The position numbers and the translations under genes are program-made. DNA of 63,939 bases, filler included, from Candidatus Woesearchaeota archaeon (GTDB taxonomy: Archaea > Nanobdellota > Nanobdellia > Woesearchaeales > CG1-02-33-12): NCBI GenBank assembly GCA_018399355.1. It is 8 parts of 8 records of this genome, joined end to end, with 100 filler letters (N's around TTAATTAATTAA, not from the genome) between each part and the next. Parts side by side here need not be neighbours in the genome. Positions count along the whole stretch, not along the records: positions 1 to 30,961 come from JAGYOA010000005.1; 7 more parts are not named here. One strand, 5' to 3'. Shown here in pieces: positions 9,874 to 18,141 of this stretch. How positions within the stretch are numbered: the first letter of the stretch is position 1; each line of letters starts with the position of its first letter. The notes under the pieces are model-generated. The model made no database searches. It saw only the letters and a list, made by a program, of their open reading frames with translations, and had not been told where the DNA came from.

Positions 9874-12402
9874 CTAATTAATCTTCTTTTTGAATGATTC
9901 AAGCTCATTAAGAAATCTTTTAACTGTTTTTACAAGATGCTCTGGCTGCGTCTTAAGGATTTCAGTGGATTTTGCGATTACATCTCCTTGAAATTCTTCT
10001 TTTGAATTAAGTTCTAATTCGGACTTTTCAACTGGTTTTTTCTTTTTCACTGCTTTTTTTGCCTTTTTCCATTTAATGAATATCTCCTCTACTCTTGCAG
10101 GAATCTGTTTTTCATTAACCTTAAGAAGTTTTGAAAGCTCATCCAATGTTTCCTTTGTTTTTCCAACCTCTTTTTCTGCTTTTTTGCCCGCAACAAATTC
10201 TATCCTTACAACACCATCTTGTATTTTTATTGAACGCAGTATCTTTATTTTTCCAATTTCAGATGTATTTTTCAAGTGCGTTCCTGCGCATGCCTCGACA
10301 TCCAATCCTTGTATTTCAACAATTCTTATTATCTTTCCGGGAACTGCTCCTCCCTGATAAATATTCATTCCATATTTTTTCTCTGCTTCGCTCCTAGGCA
10401 TAAAGCTTGTTTTTATTGGTATCTTTTTATTAACTATATCATTTGCAAGTTTTTCAATTTTTTTAAGTTCATTATTTGAAATGCTTTGATAGTGGGTTAA
10501 ATCAAGATGTGCTTTTTCAACTGTTTTTTTAGCTCCTGCCTGGTTTACATGCTGGCCTAAGACCTCTCTTGCTGCTTCATTTATGATGTGTGTTGCAGTA
10601 TGATGATGAGTAAGCTGCATTCTTCTTTCAATATCTATCTCTCCTTTAATCTCCTCTCCCTCTTTAAAACCTGGTTTTTCAGAAACAATATGAACAATAA
10701 CATTTCCCTGCTTGGAAACATCAACAACCTGAACTGAATTTATTTTTCCGTTGTCGTGATCTTGTCCTCCTGAAGTTGGATAAAACGCTGTTTTATCTAA
10801 AATAACATTCTTATCAATTACTTTCAGAACTTTTGCATTAAATTCTGTTTTTTTGTAATCATCAAAATAAAGTGCTTCTGTCTCAGGAATATCTTTTAAG
10901 TCTAATTCTTTTTTCTTTTCTTTAATTTTTTTCTCTTTTTTAGTGTACAATTCTGATATTTTTGAATAGAAATTATCCGGAACCTTTACCTGTTTCCCGA
11001 GCTTTAATGCTTCTTCTTTAATAATCTCAGGGTCAATTCCCTGGCTGTCATAAAGCTGCAGAAGATTTTCATCTGTTATTTTTCCTTTTATTAACTTTTC
11101 AATTATCTTTTTTGATTTTTCTTTAGTATTTTCATATTTCTCTTTTTCAACTTCGATAATTTTTTTAACAGAATTAATGTTTTTGCTTAGTTCTGGAAAC
11201 TCATCTTTCAACTCTTCTGCATGCCATTTGCAGACTTCTGCAAGATCAATATCCCAATTGTATTTATCAATAAAGGAAAAAGATCGGCGTACAAGCATCC
11301 TTAGGTTATATCCCCCACCAACATTTGAAGGTAGTGCTCCATCGCTTAATGCAATCAATAAACCGCGTGCATGTTCTGCAATTGAGTAAAGCGCTGCCAT
11401 AGGAAGGACAACTTTTTTTAGTTCATCAATACTTAATCCTACTTTTTCAGCAACAACTTTCCATGTCTTGTTTATATCTTCCACTTCATCTATATTCAGG
11501 AATCCTGCATAAGGAACATATTTTTTAATTATCTCTTTGTTGTATTTTATATTTGTTTTTTCAATAAGCTTCTTCATAACATATGGAAATGTTGCATCAT
11601 ATATTGTTGGAGTGCCCTGACTGAACCATGCGCAGCGTTCCATTCCCATTCCCATATCCAAAACTTTCAATGAAAGCTCTTTTGGCTCATCCTCTGTCTG
11701 CTCATAGAGCATATAAACCTGGTTTCCAAGTTCTACACCGCGGCAGAAGTATTCCATGCAAGGCCCAAAATTTCCTCCGCCGGCCCATGCATCTTCATGA
11801 AAAGTAATCTCTGAATCAGGAATTCCCAATCCTTCATTAATCCATTTTTTTATATGTCTAAAAACCTTGTTCTGGTCCCATTCATCAGGAGGAACGAACA
11901 TATGCTGGCCTATCATGTTAAAGCAAGTCATATGGCTGCCTGTTATTCCTACATTGTCAATATCACCAAACCTTAAGCAAAACTGAGGAACAACTAATGG
12001 ATTAGCAGGAGGGCTGACTTCCCCTGAAACAACATATGGCTGGAAATCAGTTATGCTTGCAATAACAAAATCCATGTCAGAGCGCCATCTTGCAACAACA
12101 GGATAACGCTTTATTGGAGTATAACCTAAATCTTTAAACATCTTTGAGAATTTTTGCCAAACACCAAGGTAACTTAGTTTTTCCTTACAGGGATTATCTT
12201 CAAAAAATCTAAAGCCGCCAGAGCATGCAGGGTCACCGCAAAACTTTCTGTTTTTGTCTGTTGACCAAAAATATTTGCCGCATTTTTCGCATTCATGCCT
12301 TGTAAAACCCTCTTTTTTAAGAACCTCAGTAGCATAATATTTATCAGGTTCTTCACTTGCAACCTTCCTGAACCATTTCTTTGCTTCTTTGTCTGTTAGC
12401 AT
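9874..12402 (-). CDS. alaS: alanine--tRNA ligase (archaeal type)
   Basis: RYPVVARWR, ASITDFQP, QFCLRFGDIDNVG; editing motifs HHTATH and EACAGTH. Confidence 0.96.
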   Translation of the reverse strand: MLTDKEAKKWFRKVASEEPDKYYATEVLKKEGFTRHECEKCGKYFWSTDKNRKFCGDPACSGGFRFFEDNPCKEKLSYLGVWQKFSKMFKDLGYTPIKRYPVVARWRSDMDFVIASITDFQPYVVSGEVSPPANPLVVPQFCLRFGDIDNVGITGSHMTCFNMIGQHMFVPPDEWDQNKVFRHIKKWINEGLGIPDSEITFHEDAWAGGGNFGPCMEYFCRGVELGNQVYMLYEQTEDEPKELSLKVLDMGMGMERCAWFSQGTPTIYDATFPYVMKKLIEKTNIKYNKEIIKKYVPYAGFLNIDEVEDINKTWKVVAEKVGLSIDELKKVVLPMAALYSIAEHARGLLIALSDGALPSNVGGGYNLRMLVRRSFSFIDKYNWDIDLAEVCKWHAEELKDEFPELSKNINSVKKIIEVEKEKYENTKEKSKKIIEKLIKGKITDENLLQLYDSQGIDPEIIKEEALKLGKQVKVPDNFYSKISELYTKKEKKIKEKKKELDLKDIPETEALYFDDYKKTEFNAKVLKVIDKNVILDKTAFYPTSGGQDHDNGKINSVQVVDVSKQGNVIVHIVSEKPGFKEGEEIKGEIDIERRMQLTHHHTATHIINEAAREVLGQHVNQAGAKKTVEKAHLDLTHYQSISNNELKKIEKLANDIVNKKIPIKTSFMPRSEAEKKYGMNIYQGGAVPGKIIRIVEIQGLDVEACAGTHLKNTSEIGKIKILRSIKIQDGVVRIEFVAGKKAEKEVGKTKETLDELSKLLKVNEKQIPARVEEIFIKWKKAKKAVKKKKPVEKSELELNSKEEFQGDVIAKSTEILKTQPEHLVKTVKRFLNELESFKKKIN

Positions 12403-12505
12403 GAACAACTATTTTTTTGTATATTATTTAAACCTTTTTATTGAATAGTTAGAACTAAGCCTATCAAGTCATCAGCAGTGTAATAAAATCGTTGTATAAA
12501 ACATA

Positions 12506-12631
12506 TCATCTTATGTGCCTTGTGCTGCATTCAACGCAGTAAACACGTATGTTCCCGTCATTGTCTAAAAAAAGCTTACAATCCTCAGCAGACGAAATCA
12601 ATTTGCCGCAAGACTCGCATTGGTCGTACAT
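12506..12631 (-). CDS. 41-aa zinc-finger micro-protein (not in ORF track)
   Basis: MYDQCESCGKLISSAEDCKLFLDNDGNIRVYCVECSTRHIR; two CxxC pairs, GGGGT RBS, upstream TTTATAA box. Confidence 0.75.
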   Translation of the reverse strand: MYDQCESCGKLISSAEDCKLFLDNDGNIRVYCVECSTRHIR

Positions 12632-12769
12632 TTTACCCCATAAAGATATTGATTTTCAAACTTATAAACCTTTTCATTTTTTAGGTTAGGGTTTTTATTT
12701 TAATGCGAACGAAGTGAGCGAGTCCGGCTTTATGCCGGACCTGTGTACCAGCTTAGCAAGAAGCTGTAG

Positions 12770-12935
12770 TGGGCCCACCCGGACTTTCATCAGCCTGCGA
12801 GCGCTAGCGAGCTTGGTGGGCTTGAATTTTTAATTCAATGCCCGCCCTTGCGTGCCAGCTGAGCGTAACCAGCTGTTTTGAACCGGGGACATCCACCCTG
12901 TGAAGGTGGCGTCATAGCCGCTAGACCATGAGCCC
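12770..12935 (-). tRNA. tRNA-Val(CAC) with 93-nt intron in the T loop (59/60), intron 12784-12876
   Basis: GGGCTCA/TGGGCCC acceptor, CCACC-TTCACAG-GGTGG anticodon arm; removing the insert gives CCCGG-TTCAAAT-CCGGG and a 73-nt tRNA. Confidence 0.9.
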
Positions 12936-12939
12936 ATGA

Positions 12940-13491
12940 TTATAAAAAATTGTTTTTTCCTCTAAGCTTCTCTATCTCGTTATGACTTTTTTTAATCCTT
13001 TCAGCATAATCTTCTCCAAGCTCTTTCCTGTATCTCTCAATAACCTCATTTATGTTTCCTATTCTTTCGCCAAAAACAAGGTTATCAGCATAAGTTATTA
13101 TTTTTTGCTCTTTTGTTTCAGGAACAAGATTCTTTAAAGGAAGGTCAAGCTTTTGCTGTTTTATATCTTTTATTGTTATTCCAACGCCAACGTGCCTTTC
13201 TGCTATTTCTGCATATTCAGGAAGGTTTTCTTTTCTTAAAATTTCTCCTCCAACAACACCATGCCTTATTGAATCTTTCTTATTACACTTAAACCTTCCA
13301 ATATCATGAAGCAAGGATCCTATTTTTATAATATTTAAATTAATATTATGTTCTTTCTTAACATCTTCAGCAATACTTAATGCTGCCTTTTGGACTGCTT
13401 TAGAATGGTTTAATACTGTATTAAAGCTTTCTTCACTATTAGAATATTTCTTTAAGAGTTTGATTGCCTGCTCTTCTGTTATATTTTTCAT
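12940..13491 (-). CDS. HDIG/HD-domain metal-dependent phosphohydrolase
   Basis: HS.AV, LLHDIGR, HGVVG, ERHVGVGI, YADN. Confidence 0.9.
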   Translation of the reverse strand: MKNITEEQAIKLLKKYSNSEESFNTVLNHSKAVQKAALSIAEDVKKEHNINLNIIKIGSLLHDIGRFKCNKKDSIRHGVVGGEILRKENLPEYAEIAERHVGVGITIKDIKQQKLDLPLKNLVPETKEQKIITYADNLVFGERIGNINEVIERYRKELGEDYAERIKKSHNEIEKLRGKNNFL

Positions 13492-13540
13492 AAGAAAACA
13501 AGAAAAAATGATTCAATAAAAAACTTTCTAAATAAAAAAA

Positions 13541-13590
13541 AGGCTCCCTTGTGGGTTTGGGGGGTAGTCCAAGAATAAGGCAGGGAGCCT
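13541..13590 (-). terminator. 3' hairpin followed by U tract
   Basis: AGGCTCCCT...AGGGAGCCT inverted repeat directly after the stop of the 13590-14006 gene, then poly-T on the minus strand. Confidence 0.55.
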
Positions 13591-14006
13591 TAATTGAATG
13601 TGATTTTTGATTGTCTTGGCGGCTTTTTTACTTCTTCCATCCACATTGCGCCAATGTTTGTCATCTCTTTCTGGAATTGATCTGAAAGCTTGTATGTCTT
13701 TTTGTAAAGGTTGTAGTTTATTATGCCCATGCTTTTCATAGGAGTTAATATTCTGTCGTAAAACTGCCTTTTGTTGTATGAAAGCTTGACCTTTTTTCCC
13801 TTAAAAGATGGGTCTTCTATCTCTGCGACGAGTTCTCCATCATGCAGCTTTGTTGCAAAAAGCGACATTTCGGATTTGCCTATCTCACCGCCGTTTTCTT
13901 TTATGTGGTTGATAAGCAGTTTAGCAACTACTATTTGCTGCTTGGTGGCAAATATCACCTCAAAAATATCCTCTGGAATATTAAACAAGTCAAATAATAT
14001 GACCAT
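13590..14006 (-). CDS. conserved-looking hypothetical protein, possible winged helix
   Basis: 138-aa ORF with host-like codon use; FYDRILTPMKSMGII..KKTYKLS resembles a wHTH wing. Confidence 0.7.
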   Translation of the reverse strand: MVILFDLFNIPEDIFEVIFATKQQIVVAKLLINHIKENGGEIGKSEMSLFATKLHDGELVAEIEDPSFKGKKVKLSYNKRQFYDRILTPMKSMGIINYNLYKKTYKLSDQFQKEMTNIGAMWMEEVKKPPRQSKITFN

Positions 14007-14076
14007 TTGGAAAGTAATATATCATACTAGTATATAAATGTTACGTTTTTGTATACTGGAGTAGTTTTTATAACAT

Positions 14077-15951
14077 TTATTTTTCAGAGAAAAAATTATC
14101 TATCTGTGTAGTGTAATCCTTTGTAACCTTGATATCCCAGTCAGAAGGAAAACATTTTGAATACATTGGCCATACATATCTCTGGTCGAGAAATATAAGG
14201 ATTCCCCTGTCCTTTGATGACCTTATGCAGCGCCCTGCGCTTTGCAATGCCTTGTTAAATGCAGGAAAGATGTATCCGTATTCCATTCCCTTGCCAAACT
14301 TGTTGTTATAATAATTTATTAATGCTTTTGCTTCCAGATCTGGTTTCGGCAAAGGTATTCCAACAACAACAACTGACTTTAAAACTCCAGGCAAGTCAAT
14401 TCCCTCGCCAAAAGACCCTGATGTAACGCTTAGCAGGCATGCTCCATCTTTTTTATATTCCTTAAATCTTTCGAGCATTTCTTCTTTTTCCTGTTTTGTT
14501 AAGTTGGATTTTTCAAGGAATGTTGTTTTTTTACATAGTTTTGAGAAATAATGATTCACCATATCCCTCACTTTATAGCTTGGAAAAAATAATGCAGAGC
14601 TTCCCGGTACATCATTTACTATGTCTGCGCATATTCTTGCCATTCTTCTAAACTGACTGTCGCTTCTCATTGAATATTTGGTTGTAGTTTCAGGAATAAT
14701 AAGAGTAAGTTTGTTTTTATCAGGAAATGGACTCTTGTATGTTTTCTCAATTGAGTTTTTTGGAAAGCTTAAAAGGTCCTTGTACATATCAGTAGGCGTT
14801 AATGTGCCTGACATTATTATTGATGAGTAGGCATTATCAAGAACGTCCTTTGTAACCAATGAAGGATCAAGGCACCTATATGAAAGTATAACTGATTTAT
14901 ATGTTTTTTCTATTATCCTTACAAAACCATTGTCATCTCCTTTCCATGCAGAAAGAAATTTTGAAAGAGAGCCGATGTTACTTTGCTTTTTTGTCTCCCT
15001 AACAGCATCTCCGATAAACTCAAAATCAGAGATAATTTCATCATAATCACCTATTTGATTTACTTTATTGATAAAATCTTCTTTTTCAATTAGTTTCTCT
15101 TCACCAATACCCAAGTCTTTTGTAAAATTCTCAAGAATATTCCTTATTTCAGTTATGATATTTCCTGCTTCGCTGTATTTGAATTTTTTTGCCTCGCTTG
15201 CAGACCTTCTTAACATTACTGTTGAAAGTCTTGATGTCATTAAATCTCGGACTCTTGAAGCAAGGTTATGTCCTTCATCTATTATTATAATTGATTTTTC
15301 CAGCTCTTTGTTTGTTTTACTGAAAAAGCTTTGCCTTATATCAGGATGGAACAAGTAATAATAATCAGTTATTATCACATTTGCTTTTTTTGCAAGTTCT
15401 GTTGACATTTCATAAGCGCAAAGCTTGTTTAAAGAGCATATCTCCTTTACCTTTTCCATGTTGCATGGAGACTGGTGTTTTATCTCAGAAAAAACTTTAT
15501 TGGCCTTAATGCTTAGCTTGGACTTGTTTTTTGTATTTGAATAAAACTCGCACTTGTTGTCTTCTTTCATTGTCTTGCAGTATTCAATAAAGTCATTGTT
15601 GTAAAGATTTTCAACTCCTGGGACAAGACACATCCATTTCTTTCCGATTATGTCTGCAACCAGTATTTCTTTGCTGTGTTTTTCTTTTATTTTTTTTAAG
15701 GTATTCACTGCTATAAGATGCTGTGTGTGTCTGTTTGTAAGAAAGAATACTGTTAAATCATTTTTCAGTGCATATGACAAACAAGGTGCAAGAACCCCTG
15801 CTGTTTTTCCTATTCCTGTTGGGGCATGTATCACCATGCTTTTTTTGTTTCTGACTGCATCTTTTACATCCATAACCATTGAATCTTGTATTTTTCTGAC
15901 AGCTGAATGGGGAAATAAAAGCTCTGTTAGTTCATCTTTTGCTATCATCAA
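14077..15951 (-). CDS. xpd: XPD/Rad3/DinG-family Fe-S DNA helicase
   Basis: APTGIGKT, Fe-S cysteines, IIDEGHNL, MSGTL, EGIDLPG, QSAGRCIR. Confidence 0.92.
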   Translation of the reverse strand: MMIAKDELTELLFPHSAVRKIQDSMVMDVKDAVRNKKSMVIHAPTGIGKTAGVLAPCLSYALKNDLTVFFLTNRHTQHLIAVNTLKKIKEKHSKEILVADIIGKKWMCLVPGVENLYNNDFIEYCKTMKEDNKCEFYSNTKNKSKLSIKANKVFSEIKHQSPCNMEKVKEICSLNKLCAYEMSTELAKKANVIITDYYYLFHPDIRQSFFSKTNKELEKSIIIIDEGHNLASRVRDLMTSRLSTVMLRRSASEAKKFKYSEAGNIITEIRNILENFTKDLGIGEEKLIEKEDFINKVNQIGDYDEIISDFEFIGDAVRETKKQSNIGSLSKFLSAWKGDDNGFVRIIEKTYKSVILSYRCLDPSLVTKDVLDNAYSSIIMSGTLTPTDMYKDLLSFPKNSIEKTYKSPFPDKNKLTLIIPETTTKYSMRSDSQFRRMARICADIVNDVPGSSALFFPSYKVRDMVNHYFSKLCKKTTFLEKSNLTKQEKEEMLERFKEYKKDGACLLSVTSGSFGEGIDLPGVLKSVVVVGIPLPKPDLEAKALINYYNNKFGKGMEYGYIFPAFNKALQSAGRCIRSSKDRGILIFLDQRYVWPMYSKCFPSDWDIKVTKDYTTQIDNFFSEK

Positions 15952-16127
15952 AAAAAAGAAAAATCCTTTCTATATAAATCTTTATTGAAATAAAAACATT
16001 ATTTTCCGGATTCAATATTATTTATACAATTGTAAAATAACCTTCCTATTATATATAATAATTTATTTACTTTATAGTAGTCAATTTAGAAAACTTTATA
16101 AACAAAAAGCTATGTACTATATAGAAG

Positions 16128-17351
16128 ATGGGCAATGCCACTAAAATAAAAGAAAGATCTATTGAAGATCTGCTAAATGATAAAAAGAATCTTAGGAATA
16201 TAGGTCTCGACCTTGCTAGATTGGGCAGAAGAATTAATCCGAACAATGTTATTAATGAGATAATTTATAAAGATAATTCAACAATAAAAGATGCAAAAAA
16301 TCTACCTGCTTACAGAAACAACCAAATATTAAAAAAGGGTAGAAGAAAAAAAACATTGGATTTGTTTCTTGAAAAGTATGGCAAGGAAAAAAAAGAGAAA
16401 CTCAAGGATATTAATAATACTCTTATATCTAAGGTGTTTGGCAAAGATTACATAGAGATATTTAATTATTCACAGCGAAAACTAAACCAGACAAAAAAGC
16501 AGAGAATAGGCGGAGAAAAATTAAAGGATGCTTATATCTTTGTACATACATACAGAACCGTTGAAATATTAAAAGAATTTGGAGCTAATGACTACCAAAT
16601 GAGGCTAGGTTTTCTGCATGATATAGTTGAAGATCTTAGAGACTGGAGAATAAAAAAAAGGAATAAGCTCATAGAAGAATATGATAAGATAAAAAACACA
16701 TATAAAAACAAACCAGATAAAAAGACAGAAATATTAGCTCAAGAAATAAAAAGATTAGATAATGAAATAAAATCTGCGCCTGAATATGATGAAATATATA
16801 ATCTTCTTCTGAAATCATATAAGTCAGAAGGAAAAGAAAAAATAAGTGAGCAAGAGGCGAAGTTAACAAAATATCATGTTAGGTTACTTACAAGACGTGT
16901 TAATGAACCATATAAGAGGTATGCAAAAAGATTATGTAATGGATGTTTCAAAGATAATGCAAAAAATAAGATAAAAAGTTTGACACTTAATGAAGAAGAG
17001 GAAAAGAGATTTTATTTTTCTCCTGTTGTTGTAAAACTTGCTGACTCTATTGATAATACAAGAAGGGTCAGAGAAGGAGATATATCTGACAGAATCAGCA
17101 GGCTTTATCATAATCTTTATTTTTTAAGAGAAGTAAACAATCTTATCTACCATTCAAAAGATAATATGCTTATAAAGTTAAGGTATGAATTAATAAAGGG
17201 ATCAAAGGAAGAGATAGAAAATAACATAAGAGATTTTGAAAAAGAGAAAGACCCAACTGTTGAAAGCAAATTAGAAGTTTTTAAAGAATTAAAAAGGAAA
17301 TACAATAGATTTAATATAACAGAAAATTCTTTTAAAGAATACAAAAATTAG
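16128..17351 (+). CDS. HD-domain protein, RelA/SpoT-hydrolase (Mesh1-like) type with insertions
   Basis: YIFVH, FLHDIVED, VRLLTR, VVKLADSIDN. Confidence 0.7.
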   Translation: MGNATKIKERSIEDLLNDKKNLRNIGLDLARLGRRINPNNVINEIIYKDNSTIKDAKNLPAYRNNQILKKGRRKKTLDLFLEKYGKEKKEKLKDINNTLISKVFGKDYIEIFNYSQRKLNQTKKQRIGGEKLKDAYIFVHTYRTVEILKEFGANDYQMRLGFLHDIVEDLRDWRIKKRNKLIEEYDKIKNTYKNKPDKKTEILAQEIKRLDNEIKSAPEYDEIYNLLLKSYKSEGKEKISEQEAKLTKYHVRLLTRRVNEPYKRYAKRLCNGCFKDNAKNKIKSLTLNEEEEKRFYFSPVVVKLADSIDNTRRVREGDISDRISRLYHNLYFLREVNNLIYHSKDNMLIKLRYELIKGSKEEIENNIRDFEKEKDPTVESKLEVFKELKRKYNRFNITENSFKEYKN

Positions 17352-17367
17352 ATATGTTTATTCCGTA

Positions 17368-18060
17368 TTATTTCTTGAATTTCTTTTTTAATTTTTCTGC
17401 TATGCTCTGTCCTTTCTGACCTATAAAATCAGCGGCCTTTCCTGCAGCGTTTCCTGTTGCTTTTTGGCCCTGTTTGACATACCTTTCTGTGATTAAGCTG
17501 TAGTCACGCATAACAGCTGCTGAATCTCCAACCCTGTTTCCATATTTTTCAAGGAAAGCAACAGTTGTAAGAGGAAACCTTTGAGGAGGTTTTGGAGCTT
17601 CGTGATAATAACCAATAGTTATGATTGCCTGGGGCCTTATATAATCAGGGATTCCTAAAACCCTTGATACAACATTTTCATCAAATGCGCCTACCCAGCA
17701 TGTTCCCAACCCTAGAGAGTTTGCAGCAAGCATCATATTTTCAATAGAAGCAGCGCAGTTTTGTATTGAGTAAAGGCGTTCCCCTCTTATTCCGTAAAAG
17801 CCTATGCTTTTTTTAACCTCGGAACAAACAACTATGTGAATAGGGGCTTTTGACATCCAGTACTGCCTTAAGCATGCATCTGCAATGGCTTTTCTGCTTC
17901 CTTCATCCTTAACAACCACAAACTTAACATCTTGTATATTCCCAGAACTTGGAGCAAACCTTCCTGTATCAAGAATTGTTCCTATTTTATCCCATTCAAC
18001 AGGAACATCAAGGTAGTTTCTTACGCTTCTTCGTGTCATGATACATTCTATTGCGTCCAT
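17368..18060 (-). CDS. nitroreductase family protein
   Basis: RRSVRNY, APSSGNIQ, NMMLAANSLGLGTCWVG. Confidence 0.92.
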   Translation of the reverse strand: MDAIECIMTRRSVRNYLDVPVEWDKIGTILDTGRFAPSSGNIQDVKFVVVKDEGSRKAIADACLRQYWMSKAPIHIVVCSEVKKSIGFYGIRGERLYSIQNCAASIENMMLAANSLGLGTCWVGAFDENVVSRVLGIPDYIRPQAIITIGYYHEAPKPPQRFPLTTVAFLEKYGNRVGDSAAVMRDYSLITERYVKQGQKATGNAAGKAADFIGQKGQSIAEKLKKKFKK

Positions 18061-18141
18061 ATCTCTTAATATTAGCTTTATATTAATAAAATTATCGTTT
18101 ATTTCAAAAATTATTTAAATCAAGTTGAATTATTTTAAAAT

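Noticed and set aside
12438..12509. 23-codon ORF coupled to the zinc-finger micro-gene
   Set aside because: No RBS or recognisable motif; runs into the alaS promoter region
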